From Octopus vulgaris (Eukaryota): DNA of 64,000 nt. The notes under the pieces are model-generated. The model had not been told where the DNA came from. It ran no database searches and was given only the letters and a program-made list of their open reading frames with translations. Below are positions 26,155-39,400 of the stretch, piece by piece. The stretch spans positions 19,468,001 to 19,532,000 of the forward strand of contig OX597833.1 in assembly GCA_951406725.2 (NCBI GenBank), given 5' to 3'. Position 1 is the first letter of the stretch; each line of letters begins with the position of its first letter. The translations under genes were made by a program, and so were the position numbers.

Positions 26155-28940
26155 GTTTAACGTCCGTTTTCCATGCTAGCATGGGTTGAACAGTTCGACC
26201 GGGGTCTGGGAAGCCAGGAAGCTGCACCAGGCTCTAGCCTGATCTGGCAGTGTTTCTACAGCTGGATCCCCTTCCTAATACCAACCACTTCGTGGGTGTA
26301 GTGGCTACTTTTTATGTGCCACTAGCACAGGAGCCAGAAGACGCCGGCAACAGCCACTATCGGTTGGTGCTTTTTACGTGCTACTGGCACGGAAGCCAGT
26401 CATGGTGGCGTTGGCATCGGCCAAATTCAGATGGTGCTTCTTACATACCACTGGCACGGGTATCACAACTACAATTTCCATTTGATTTTTATTTTGATGT
26501 TGACGTACTTGACTCAGTAGTTCTCCTCAAGCACAGCAGGTCACCCCACGATCCAAGGTAAGCACAGCAGGCCGTCCTGTGATAAAAAGTACTTTGAGTG
26601 GGCTGGGGCTGATTGTGCGAAGCTGGTGTAGGATACAGCCATGAACTAACTTTATTTGTCAGGTCTTCACAGTCATAGCATATCTCCAGGGGTCTAGGTC
26701 TTTCATCATTGCCTCTGTGAGACCCAACGTTCGAAGGTCATGCTTGACCACCTAATCCCATGTCTTCCTGGGTCTACCTCTACCCCATATTCCTTCAACT
26801 GTTTGGGAGTGGCACGTCTTCATACATCTCTCCTCATCCATTCATAGTACATGACCACACCAGCGCAAACCTTTCTCTTGCACTCCATCCTATGCTTCTT
26901 ATGTCCAGCATTTCCCTCAGGGTGCTTACACTCTGTCGTGTGTGCACACTGACATTACACATCCAGTGGATCATGCTAGCTTCATTTCTTTCGAGCCTGT
27001 GCATGTCCTCCACAGTCACGGCCCATGTTTCACTACCGTGAAGCATGGCAGTTCGCACACATGCGTCATACAATCTACCTTTCACTCTAAATGATAGACC
27101 CTTTGTCACCAGTAGGGGTAGAAGCTTTCTAAACTTTGCCCAGGCTATTCTTATTCTAGTGGCAACACTCTATGAGCATCCACCCCCACTAGTAACTTGG
27201 TCACCTAGGTAGCAGAAGCTATCAACTACTTCTAGTTTCTTCCCCTGGAGTGTGATGGAATTTGTTTTCTGAGTATCTGTAGTGTCTATTACACCATGCA
27301 TCTGCTGCACATGAAAGCTATCTTCTTGGTTAATTTTCCTTTGATGTTACTGCACCTCTTATGCGGCCATAGCTTACACTGGGTGCATCATTTGGAGTTT
27401 CTACCTACACCTTTTCTACAGATCGAGCAGGGCCACCTACCTGAGGGGTTGTGTGATGAGTTCGTCTTTCTGCTTACTATAACTTTGGTCTTTGCTATAT
27501 TTACTCTAAGGCCTTTTGATTCTAAACCTAGCTTCCACACCCAAAATTTCTTTTCTAGTTCCGGTAGTGATTCTGCTATGAGGGCCAGGTCATTAGCATA
27601 GAGGAGCTCCCAGGGGCAACCCATCTTGAATTCCTCTGTTATTGCCTGGAGGACTATGTTGAATAAAAGGGGACTGAGGGCTGAATCTTGGTGGACCCCT
27701 ACTTCTACCTGGAATTCTTCACTATACTCATTGCCAATCCTAACCTTACTAATGGCCTCTCTGTATAGGGCCTGTACAGCCCTTATTAACCATTCGTCAA
27801 TCTTCTTTTTCTGTATCGCCCACCAGATAAGGGATCGGGGACCCTGTCAAAGGCTTTCTCCAAGTCCACAAAAGCTAAGTAGAGGGGTTTATCTTCAGCT
27901 AGGTATTTCTCCTGCAGTTGTCGAACCAGGGATATGGCATCAGTGGTGCTTCTACCCAGCACAAAACTGAACTGCATCTCATCTAAGCAGACTCTCTCCC
28001 TAATGAGATGGGTTATGACCCTCTCCATGACCTTCATCACCTGATCCAGCAGTTTGATACCCCTGTAGTTATTTCTATCTAGAGCATCACCTTTACCCTT
28101 GTAGCAGTTGACTATGGTGCTGCTACACCAGTCATTGGGTATGACTCCATCATGAACTACCTGGTTTACAATGCGGGTGACTAGGCCATAGTCCACACTA
28201 CCAGATGGGCTGGGGGCTTTTCCTGGCTTCATACCCTTAATTGCTTTATCTACTAGGGAGCTGTCTATTGGGATAGCTGGTCCTTCTACTGGGTCAACAT
28301 TTGGCAGGCTCTCCTCCTCCCATTCATTCTCCACATTCAGCAGTCTTTCATAATGGTTTCTCCAAGCCTCTTTCTTTTCAGAATCATTAAAAGCATGAGC
28401 ACCATCCTCCATGCAGACACATTTCTCTCCTGTGACAGCACAATTTTCTCTCACGCACTGTCTAGCAATCCGAAATACCTCAGTTCTTTGGTCCTCACGT
28501 CGCTGGACATTGGCAAACTTCTTTTCTGCTTTGCCCTTGGCTATGTATACCTGTCCCCCAGCCTCCCTTTTGGCTACCTGGTACCGTTCCCTGCTACCCC
28601 CACCCTTCCAGGCTTTCCAGGCCTGTTTCTTTGCTCTAATGGCTGTCTACTGTACTATTCCATGATCACGTAACTCTAGGTCTGGGAGGGACTTTGCCCC
28701 ATCCGCAGACTTTCCAGCTACCTTCTATGTCCAATGTCTGTAGCTCCTTCTCTCTCTCATCAAATTTCTTGATGAGGATGTCCCTAAATCTCTGACCATG
28801 TGAAGGGTTCTTTAGCTTCCAAATCCTTCTTTTTGGGGATTGGTCTGCTTCTTGGTATCCTTCTGGCCTCGAGCCTAAAGTCACTAATGACTAGCCTATG
28901 CTGGGGGGTACATTTTTCACCTAGGAGTGTCTTTCTCCTG
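26120..28940 (-). mobile_element. 5'-truncated, decayed RTE-type LINE
   Basis: RT motifs KGKGDALDRNNYRGIKLL, GRSTTDAI, LAFVDLEKAFDRVP and LLYANDL(AL); Cys-rich insert GRWPCSICRKGVG; 3' UTR ending in (GAT)n. Confidence 0.92.
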
Positions 28941-29359
28941 ATACATACACACATACAAAAAAAAGAAGAAAGAAAAAAGAAAGAAAGAGTAAACACAAAT
29001 GATGCTTGAAATGTATAACACTTGTTTCGGTAGCTTTTTATTTAATGTACTCACAAAAAATTACATCATACAACCGAAACAGCTGTCACGAATTTTAATA
29101 CCATTTGTGTTTATTTTTTATACCTGTACCACACTAAGGACCCACCAGTGAGGTTGGATCTGTGGTTATGAATTGGATTTGGTATTTGCATTTCTACAGA
29201 ATTCTTCCAACACTTGAAGTCTTCAATGTTGTTTCATTTCAGTGTGAGCACTATTTGGTCATGCCCAGCCATTTCTTATGTTTAAGAAGTTGATATGAAT
29301 TGATTCTTAATAATTTTTATAACTAAATTATATAAATATATATATATAATAAATATATG

Positions 29360-29406
<47 letters not shown>

Positions 29407-29648
29407 AATGAGGGTGAAAAATTGATATTAATTTAATAATACCATTAATTTAACACCGAGTGGCTTAGCACAAAAAACTACGGAGAAAATACAAATTTAT
29501 ACATAAATTATTAGAGAGTTAACCACTATGTGGATAACTCTAGTGCTAAAAATAGCTCCGATAGTATAGCCACAGAAAAGATGTTTCCAACTAGAATTAA
29601 CATACATTTAACGGAAGGAAAGTGAAATATAACGAATAAATAGATTGA

Positions 29649-29723
29649 CCCTGAACAAATTGTTTCATTACTAATGTAATATGTAGTTTTACTTACATAC
29701 ACATCTATAAATCTTCAGCAGAG
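29649..29723 (-). ncRNA. Type I hammerhead ribozyme motif
   Basis: On the - strand: CTCTG, CTGAAGA, irregular AU-rich helix II, GAAA, CAATTTG, TT, CAGGG. Helix I CTCTG/CAGGG; GUU triplet. Confidence 0.65.
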
Positions 29724-30751
29724 GTTTGTCTTAAATGCAATTAATTAGATCGACCCGAGCGTCAAAAACACGAGCGGTTTAACGAATTGCATTTTTAGTT
29801 ATGCCTCAAATTCCGCATGTATTTGTGCGTATATAAGAATCAGTAAGTCAGAATATGCACTTGGATATTTGTCAACAGAATGGATATATTTATTGAAGTG
29901 TATTATATATCCATTTCAGCTGATTTATCAATTGGTTTTACATTAGGAGTTCAACAGGGTATTAGACAACAGCCCAATTATATAACTCTGTGCTCTTCAG
30001 AGATAGTTATGAAAAATATATGGCAACTACTTTCCATCTGGTTTGTGGTTGCTGTGAAAAAGACAACAAATAAAATCAAGCAAAGGTTTAGTTAAGAGTT
30101 ATGTCTCTTGATGCCAAAAAAAAAAAACCTCTGGAGGCTGTTGCAAAGCAACAAGAATTTTCTAGAAAAGTGTATATGGGAAATGAGTGCTTTTAGTTTG
30201 GTATTCTTGTAGAGCTGGAATGTATGCAATGGTAATATATGTATACTGTTTGGAGGAGAGAGGTGGGAAAAGTTTGCAGAAGTACTTGTGTGTCCATTTG
30301 AGTGTTATTTGTCTATGTTTTGGTATAAATCTTTGGAGCATTTATGTAGGTATGAAGGGGTGGAAAAAAGAGTCTATTGTCTGGGTGTCTGCTGTGTTAG
30401 GGAATGTATGTGTCTCTGTGTGCATTTGTGTATGTTCTGGTCAACCTCTTTGCCAGATTCCCAAGTATTGGTAACGGGAGAGCCAAAGTTTGGGAACTAA
30501 CTTTAGCTGCCAGAAGAAAGATGTACAAGTTTGAGTGGGTTCATTTGAACTTCAAAGGACAGGGACCAGGCAAAGCATTGTGGTCTTGAGAAAAACACTT
30601 CATTTCATGTTGCTCCAGGCCACTTGGTTTTAAATGAGCAACACTGCAATGGACAGACATCTTATTCAGGGACAATGTTGTCATCTTGTTCACTTATACA
30701 AGGGGATACCCAAAAGAAACTGGAATTTTGCAATATTATTTTATTCATTTA

Positions 30752-31223
30752 TTGTTATATTTTGGAATGGTCATTTTGCCAGTTTAGCCAATAAAAACAC
30801 ACGCACTATATATTTGGTGTTATTTTGTTTCAGTGTTATTTATTTTTTACATTAATCTTAATCTTATTTCGGCCAGAGTTCTTTCGTCACACTCCTGTGA
30901 CCGCATCAGTGGTCCTTTGTTTTCTTCTTTCTTATTTGTGTCTCTCCTTACTAACTGTCAGCCATTTTGTATTTCTATTGTATGTCTTCATTTGCGCATG
31001 CTTATATCTCTATGTGCGTTTATGTTTATTTAGTGTGTGTGTGTCTGGCCAAAATAAGATTAAGATTAATGTACAAAATAAATAACACTGAAGCAAAATA
31101 ACACCAAATATATAGTGCGTGTGTTTTTATTGGGTAAACTGGCAAAATGACCATTCCAAAATATAACAATATCTGTTCAACACACGACTTCACATAAAAA
31201 ATTTTGCACAACAAATATATGAA
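30752..31223. mobile_element. Hammerhead-bearing asymmetric inverted insertion with 12-bp TSD, nested in a mariner
   Basis: Arms at 30752-30876 and 31045-31170. TTTATTCATTTA is duplicated at 30740-30751 and 31224-31235. Confidence 0.8.
30873..30912 (-). ncRNA. Compact type I hammerhead-like motif, CUGAUGCG core variant
   Basis: On the - strand: CCA, CTGATGCG, GTCAC-AGGAGT-GTGAC, GAAA, GAAC, TC, TGG. Perfect 5-bp helix II; CUC triplet. Confidence 0.62.
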
Positions 31224-32500
31224 TTTATTCATTTAGTTTTACATGTTTACATTTTTATCACCTTTAAATTATTCTCCATTTGAAGCAAAGCATTGGTCCA
31301 GATGCATTTTCAAATGTTGGAAGCAGTGCTGGAACTCTTGCGAAGTGATACCTTTTAATGCCTCCATGGTTTTTTCTTCACCTCTTTTACATCTGCAAAT
31401 TCTGTAGCACCAGCTATTGTCACCAGTGATGCAGTAATGTACAAATGTCTGGGAAGTGAACAGTGTATGAGTCAGAGACATGCTTGTGTGTGTATGGATG
31501 GGAGAAAATCAGGTGTAGTGTTGGCAAATCTCAGGAAGCATGGAAGTTTTGAAGGATGCAGTGCTCCGACAACTAACAACTAATTCCGGCAGTTTGTTCC
31601 ATACTTCAGTAACTCTTAGCATGAAAAAGGTCCAGATTGACTTCCAACTGTTCTTTCAGTTCACGACATGCATTCAGAAGTGATTATTTTTTATCTTCCC
31701 TGAGCAAGCGAGGCACAAATTTTGTTGCAATTCTTTTCATTCGCAATTTCTCACTCAAAATTAGTTGGTAGAAGTTCCAGGATGCACCAGTCATATCAAC
31801 AAGTTCATCAATTGTTCGGTAACGGTCCTCCAAGACCAATTCATGAATTTTCATGATGTTTTCATTCGTTTGAGAGGTCAACAGTTGTCCTGAATGAGGT
31901 TGGTCTTCAACCAACAAGTGACCATTCTTAAAGCATGAAACCCACTTGTAAACTTGTGTTTTGCTCTTGACAATGGCCTTGTAAGCTGTTTAAAGAATGA
32001 CAACTGTTTTGGCCATTGTTTTCCCCCAGCAGAAAAAGAATTTCACAGAAGTACGCTATTCCTTTGTTTCAGCCATTGCCAAAAATCGGCGAACAGGGAG
32101 AAGAACTGCAAAGCAAAAATGCCTCACATGGCAGTACAACTTTACCTGACACTGCTGGTCAGCAGGATGATACTCAAAGGTTGCATCAAGTGGCTTCTAC
32201 CAACAGAAACCTGAACTACAATGGGCTTGTCCCACAAAGAACATTTCCGGTTACTTTTGGGTGCCCCCTTGTACACCATGGAAATTGCGTAACCATTCCT
32301 GCAAGCCCTAAGACTCAAGACAGTAATGTCTAGGGATTGGTGATGATGATGATGACGATGATGATTGGCTCTAGTGCCTTTATGTATTTGAATCAGCAAA
32401 AGGATATTGTTTTTTTTAATCAGCAGAAGTAATTTGTTTTTTTTTCCATTTGTTTTGCTTTTGTTGTTTTTGTTTTGTTTTTCTTTCTTTTCTTTTATAG

Positions 32501-32645
32501 CTGGTGACTGGCTCCAGGGACCCCATCTCTATACTCTTTATAACTCTTACAATTTCTCAAAACACCAAATTGAACTCCTGTTTGTAGTGGGATTTAGTTC
32601 TGCTTTGATATTTGGGACTGCAATTGGAACTTTTGCAGATAAGCT
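32501..32645 (+). CDS. MFSD5: MFSD5-like exon 2
   Basis: Polypyrimidine tract plus tag acceptor. Encodes (A)GDWLQGPHLYTLYNSYNFSKHQIELLFVVGFSSALIFGTAIGTFADK(L), containing the MFSD5 signature DWLQGP. Donor gtgagt, phase 2. Confidence 0.93.
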
Positions 32646-33097
32646 GTGAGTACCCAACTTTTACCATCATCATTAATGTTCCCACCGTTGTTATTGTTTT
32701 GTTGTTGTTTTTGTTGTTTATTTCTAAGTCAGCCATGACTGAGAAAAACTATGGTCAAAAGCATTCCGGCCTTGATCATCCCTTGGTTGCAAATTAAGCT
32801 ACTTAACCACTCAGCTTCACTTGTGCTTATGATGGTATCCTTAAAAATATCATGTTTCCTACTATTCACCAAAACAAATCTTGACCCACCAATTCACAGT
32901 GGCACAGCTACAATGTTTGCCACCCACGGGTAACCCTTAAGTTTGCTGTCCCACCTTCCCACCGGACTTCTGCCTATACAGGCTTAAAGAACTTTTATTG
33001 GTTGCAACAACAAGGGTTCCTGTTGAATTGATCAATGGAACAGCCTGTTCATAAAATTAATACTCATGTGACTGAGCACTTCACAGACACACGTATA

Positions 33098-33608
33098 CTG
33101 TAAATCCTCGAGTATAATCCGCATTTTTTTCCCAAAATTTAAAGGTCAAAATCCCTAGTGCATACTATATACGAGGTTAAAAATGAAAAATATTTTCTAA
33201 GCAATGTCCAAGTCTATTTGCTGTCCGGCAATGTTTATTCAGATGCATTTTGTGATGTCGGCCGCGAAAATACCTTAAGTTAAGCCTGAAAGTAATGAAG
33301 TCTTAAAAGAATCATCCATAACTTTCAGTAAGCAACATTTATTAAACGTTATTACTGTTATTTCTTTATTTTCTGCAAACAAAATGCACAAAAAAGGTAC
33401 GTTTGCATTATGCTATAGATACAATAATAATAAAGGACGTTACCGTATATATTTTTACAAGCCAAGGACGTTATATAGACCTCCTTGACTCAAGTTCGAG
33501 AAGGGGTGCGTATTATACACAATGTTTAGGTTTTTCAGAGGTACAGCCCCCTAAAAATTCCTTGCGTATTATTATACTCAAGGGCGGACTATACTCAAGG
33601 ATTTACGG
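33098..33608. mobile_element. Tc1/mariner-superfamily (Tc2/Kanga-like) MITE
   Basis: TIRs CTGTAAATCCTCGAGTATAATCCGC / GCGGACTATACTCAAGGATTTACGG with a TA duplication; inserted into a SINE. Confidence 0.85.
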
Positions 33609-34178
33609 TACTTATTGTAGTTCTGAGAGACACAGGATGTGACAAGGCTTTCCCTTTGAATTACAGATGCGACTCATTTTTGCCAGTTCTGTGAACTGAA
33701 GCAAAAAGAAAATCACTGCATGACTAATTAAAAACAATGCGAATAAAAAAAAAAAGCATTACATTGGACAAAATAACCAATCAAATTTACCCCTTTTTTT
33801 GTTTTAAATGGTCACTTTGGCCAAACTGCTAGGTCACAGCAGCATCAACGAATCAACATCACTCGTCAAGCAATCAGCACAAAGACAAACACACACATGC
33901 ATATACATACATACAGACACACACAGGCATGCACATGCACACACACCCACACAGACAGGCACGCACGCACACACACCCACACACACACACACACATCTTA
34001 TATCTTGTACTTGTTTCAATCTATGGACGGTGGCCATGGTAGGGCACCACTTTGACGAGTCCAGTCAAATTAACCTCAGTACTTATTCCAAGCCTGGTAC
34101 TTATTCTATCAGTCTCTTTTTGCCAAACCACTAAGTTATGAGGACATCAGCAAATCAACATTAGTTGTCGAACAGTAG

Positions 34179-34209
<31 letters not shown>

Positions 34210-34549
34210 AGCACACACACACACATACACACACATACATGTATATACAACAGGCTTCCACACAGTTTCCATATACAAAATTTACTGACAAAGTATTGGT
34301 CTGCTGGAAGAGGCCATAGTAGAAGATATTTGCACAAGGTACTCCACAGTGTATAACATTATTTGGCAAAGTGCAAAAATGGAAATCAATGCTGATCTCA
34401 TCCTCATCGCCCAATAATGTCATAAAGTAAGACAAATATAACAAATATAAGACAAATATAACATGGTTGTGCCCCAGCATGGCCACAGCTCGTGAGCTGA
34501 AACTAGATAAAATTAAAAAAAAATTTTTTTAAATAACATTGTCTATCTA

Positions 34550-34825
34550 TCTTCTGCTCAGTCGAAGTCAACTCTCGGTTACTTGATGGATTAGTGTCCT
34601 CCAGTCAGTTCTATCCTGGGCCGCTTCTTTCAGATTGGCTATGTCCATTCCGGTATCACTCTTGATGGTGTCAAGCCAGCGGGTTCTTGGTCGGCCTCTT
34701 CCTCTCTTGCCACTGACCATTCTGAGCATGATGTCCTTCTCCAGGGATTTTCTCCGCCTAGTATGACCAAAATATGCCAATCTATGCTTGGTGATCCTAG
34801 CCTCCAGCGACATTTTCAGCCTGAT
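34550..34825 (-). mobile_element. RTE-BovB-like LINE 3' fragment
   Basis: Encodes LAYFGH..R..SLEKDIML..V.GKRGRGRPRTRWLD..DRTDWR. Confidence 0.88.
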
Positions 34826-35592
34826 CTACTTACTGTACTCAGAATATAACTTTATAAAATGAACAAATTAAATATTACCAATTCAAAGCTGATGTGTAAA
34901 GTGGTGAATTGTAACTTCAATTTTTCCATGATGCAGAATTAATCATCTGTACCACTGTGTGCGCAGGTGAGAAAAAGACTCAATCCACAACAATGAGTCA
35001 ATGTATATCTATGTCACCTTGTAGTGACCGTGTGTTTTTTTTCTGGACGAATCAACATATGCTTAAATAATCAATAATCAATAATCAATAATCATGTCCA
35101 TGGATTGGATCAAGCAAGGTCGTTGCCAGTGCTGCTGGACTTGCTCCTGTGCAGGTGGCACATAAAAAGCACCATTTGAGCGTGACCGTTGCCAGTACCG
35201 CCTGACTGGCCCTAGTGCCGGTGGCACATAAAAGCACCCACTACACTCTCAGAGTGGTTGGCGTTAGGAAGGGCATCCATCTGTAGAAACTCTGCCAGAT
35301 CAAGACTGGAGCCTGGTACAGCCATCTGGTTCGCCAGTCCTCAGTCAAATCGTCCAACCCATGCTAGCATGGAAAGCGGACGTTAAACAATGATGATGAT
35401 GATGAATGTTTTGTGTCAAGACAACTGGGGTTATCTCAGAACCCAAAACACCATGGTTACAAAACAAACTTCTTAACCACACAGCCATTCCTGTACCCAC
35501 ATCATATACAATAAATTCTTTATGACAAATTGGCCTAACAATAGTTAATTCAGTAATTAATACACTCTCTATGTTTTATTTTATTTTTCCAG

Positions 35593-35653
35593 TGGCCGTA
35601 AATTTAATTGTATACTGTATGGAATTTTCTACACCATCTGTTGTATAACAAAA
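35593..35653 (+). CDS. MFSD5: MFSD5-like exon 3 (not in ORF track)
   Basis: ttttccag acceptor. Encodes (L)GRKFNCILYGIFYTICCITK, completing MFS motif A (ADKLGRK). Donor gtaagt, phase 0. Confidence 0.92.
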
Positions 35654-35699
35654 GTAAGTTTATAGAAGGCTGAAAAGTTGTTTCTTTTTTAAATATTAA

Positions 35700-36090
35700 T
35701 AATAATAATAATAATAATGAAATTATTGTATACAGTGCTCAGGTGCACCACAACTTGTCAAAAGTGCGTATAAAGCATATGCAGTAATGTACAAATGTCT
35801 GGGAAGTGAACAGTGTATGAGTCAGAGACATGCTTGTGTGTGTATGGAGGGGAGAAAATCAGGTGTAGTGTTGGCGAATCTCAGGAAGTTTCGAAGGATG
35901 CAGTGCTCCGATAACTAACAACTGATGCTGGCAGTTTGTTCCATTCTTCAGCAACTCTTAGCGTGAAAAAATGTTTCCGAAAGTCATGGGAGCTGTGCTG
36001 TTTTTTGATTTTGTAAACATGTCCACGGGTGTTAGACAGGTGGAGTTTGAAAAGGTGCTCAGAGTTATTGTTAGTAAGATGGTTTATAAT
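35700..36090 (-). mobile_element. CR1-type LINE 3' end
   Basis: Same family as 14540-15025; begins ~50 nt after MFSD5 exon 3. Confidence 0.85.
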
Positions 36091-36101
36091 TTTATTAATA
36101 A

Positions 36102-36485
36102 CTAGCAGTATCGCCCGGCGTTGCTCAGGTTTGTAAGGGAAATAACTATAAAGCATTTTTAGAGAGTTATAGCCAAAAAATAGCAAAAAAATGGAAAAAA
36201 ATGATGGTAAATTTTTTTGAGAGTTAAAAAAGGTGGAGTTGCGTCCCCTAGACGGTCTGTGGTTTGGGTTTCTGATTCTCGACCCCATGTCGAATTTATC
36301 GATTTTTTTTTCAGAACTGGGGGAACTTTTCAAAATTTTCGCTGCGTTAGTTTTGAATTATGACATTGGGCTATGTGTGTGTCAAGTTTCATCAGAATCG
36401 GTTGAAAGCCGTGGTCAGAGTGAGGGTACGAGAAAACAGACACACAGAAAACGCACAGACAAACTGCCGTTTATATAGAGAGAGA
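36102..36485 (-). mobile_element. Non-autonomous Helitron
   Basis: The - strand starts A|TC(TCTCTATATAAACGGC) and ends with a GC-rich hairpin plus CTAG|T. Confidence 0.8.
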
Positions 36486-39400
36486 TTTTAATAATTATTA
36501 TTCATTAGTTGATAATTTTATTCATTGATCCTCTTGATTAATTTGCTTCTGCCATTACCATACTTCCATTGGTATCTTCAGTTGCTGTCACAGATTTCAT
36601 ATTTTCCCAATTTTGTTCCAAGTGTTTTCAAAGTTGGTTATATCAATTTATGTTAATTATGAAATGAAATTCATTTATCGGCATAAATTAATAGATAATA
36701 AAGTTAATAGCTCTTAAAGTTTGCAAATTTTGAAAAATTTATCCAATCAAATGCCACCTTATACGCATGACCATGAATTTCACATTGATGTTTGTTTCCA
36801 TAGTAACAAGTAAAGCTGTAGTCTGCCCCATTGTAACACGGATGTTGTACTTGTGTGACTGTGATGGTTACACCATCACAACCACCACCACCACCACCAC
36901 CACCATAAATTTCAACAAGTGATAATTTATGCCACCTGTGTTATTTCTCACTGTCATTTTGTGAACAGACAGCTATCACGCAGAAAATGCCAGCTTCTGA
37001 TTCCTGTATTCTGATTGGACTAAAAATGGTAAAACATTGAATCTGTAGAACGACTGTGCAAAGGAGAGGTGAGGATGAATCGCTCCTTTAATACATAGCA
37101 CGGTCGATTACAATAAAGGCAAAAAGAATAAATGAGTACAAGTGCCAGAAGGAAAAGAGACGACACATCTGGTAGGATGTTAAGAGAAGATTTAATTGAT
37201 AGGTTAATATGTGTGTTTGTGTGTGCATCATAAGTACATAATAATAATAACAACAGACAGGCTGTTATATATACATAATGTGTATGTGTGTGCATAAAAA
37301 TACAGAGCACTGAAAGAGTCTATAACAGGACGTTAGAAGAATGTTCAGACACAAGGAAGATAAATACCAGTTCATAGTAAGGTACACAATAGTTGAAGTG
37401 CTGTAACAAGAAGTTGAGGCGAAGAAGCAGAGCCAATTCAGGCACATGTCATGTGTGCTCCGTGGTCAGTGGTTAGACCTTAGAAGGTCCAGAACCAAAA
37501 GACAAAATATGGTGCTGAAACTAGCTTTTCATAGGGACCAGCCGGTGCAAACGGAGGTTTAGAAGAGACTGTCTCACGTGACCTTATCGGAAGGCTGCAA
37601 TTGGTTGGGTTGCATATTGGCATGCAATAGAGCAAGAGACAAACTGCACCAATACCAACCAAACAGAATAGTGGACACAACAGGGTCCAAGCGGCCGAAG
37701 GCTAGCTGTTATCTGCTATGTCTGTACTTATGTATATATAACAGAGAGAGAGAGAGAGAGAATCCACTACAAATCTTTGTAACATTTTACTAAATTTTTT
37801 CTGAGAATAAATGAATCCAAAATTTGGATACAGTGTGAAAAATTACATCAATATACCAAATATGAAAATTTTCCCTTACCATAAAAACCCATGTAATTTA
37901 CACATTTTTTTCACAAAAATAAAAATAAACTTTAGAGGTGCATAAATTACATGAGTAAATCGTTTCCAGAATCTTTTTAGAAATTTGATTTGTTGAAAAA
38001 AGATATACAAAATGTAAACATTCATACCAGAAGTTGACTCATTTAGTGTCAGAATAGGTTTTTGCAGAAACAATAACGGCTTAACTATAATGAAGTTGAC
38101 TTTTATTTGTGCTGGATGGTATAATGCTTACTTTTTCTGTATAAATTTACTAAAACCATTAAATGGTTAACTACTTTTTGAAGTCTGACATTCATGCTGG
38201 TAATCACAATCTGGGCCATATTTTACTTGGTTGAGTAAAGTGTCATCCAAGCTGATGTTTATTGGTAATTAAACTTAATTTGCAACTCCTGTACATATTT
38301 ATCAGCTTTGCCGGTGGCACACAAGAAAACCATCCGAACGTGGCCGTAGCCAGTACCACATCGACTGGCCTCAGTGCTGTGGGCACGTAACAAACACCAT
38401 CCGATCGTGGCCGTTTGCCAGCCTCATCTGGCACCTGTGTCGGTGGCACATAAAAAACACCATCCGAGCGTGGCCGTTCGCCAGCCTCGTCTGGCACCTG
38501 TGTCGGTGGCACATAAAATCACCCACTACACTCTCGGAGTGGTTGGCGTTAGGAAGGGCATCCAGCTGTAGAAACACTGCCAGATCTGACTGGCCTGGTG
38601 CAGCCTTCGGGCTCCCCAGACCCCAGTTGAACCGTCCAACCCATGCTAGCATGGAAAGCGGATGTTAAATGATGATGATGATGATAATGATGTTTTTGTT
38701 GATAATTCTTATCAACATCTTTTCCTGTGATCATGATTTGAGAAGTATGCTAAAGATCGAACATAATCTCTTGTGGGCAAGAAATGTAAAATAAAGTTTA
38801 TTATAAACAACACAAACACTTTGTAGTTCAATAGCTTTCAATGTGAGACCTGTTAAACAGAAATTATTTTTATTTAATGAAAATGTAATAAAATCTAATC
38901 ATAAGTAAGTGAAATTATGCTAAATACAACTAAATTGAAAACTTTTACCCCTGGCCATATCAAGAATTCTGAAAATTTTTAGGTGTGAAGTTTACATGAG
39001 TAGAAGATTTCTTTAACAAATTTTATCCTGAAAATCACCTGTGTAAATTACATGGGTCTTTAATGGTAATTTTAAAATTTCCAAATCTGTAATAGCACCT
39101 GAAAAGATCATTCTGTAGAAATGCACTGCCTTTTTAGCAATTTAATTTTGAAAATAATAAAGAATTCAGTGAAATAACTTTGTCATTATGGAGATAATGT
39201 AGGCAACAAGCTGGCAGAATCATTAAGCATGCTGAACAAAATGCTGAGCAGTATTTCATTTATTTTTATATTTTGGGTACAATTTCCACTGAGATTGACT
39301 TTGCCTTTCATCCTTTTGGGATCAATAAAATAAGAAACAGTTGAACAGTGAGGTCAATACAATTGACTAGCACCCTCCTCCAAAATTTCAGGTCTTGTGC

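Larger units (their letters stand above)
30699..32271 (-). mobile_element. Decayed mariner transposon
   Basis: TIRs CAAGGGGATACCCAAAAGAAACTGGAA / TTCCGGTTACTTTTGGGTGCCCCCTTG with TA flanks. Transposase remnants include ED.P.SG, TIDEL, ILSEKL.M..IATKFVPRLL and FQHCFQ...CFASNGE. CR1 tail and foldback are nested inside. Confidence 0.9.

Noticed and set aside
29020-29090. CCGAAACAGCTGTC hammerhead half
   Set aside because: Only the GAAA-helix III-GUC half is present, with no CUGANGA upstream. Probably a truncated remnant, not counted as a ribozyme.
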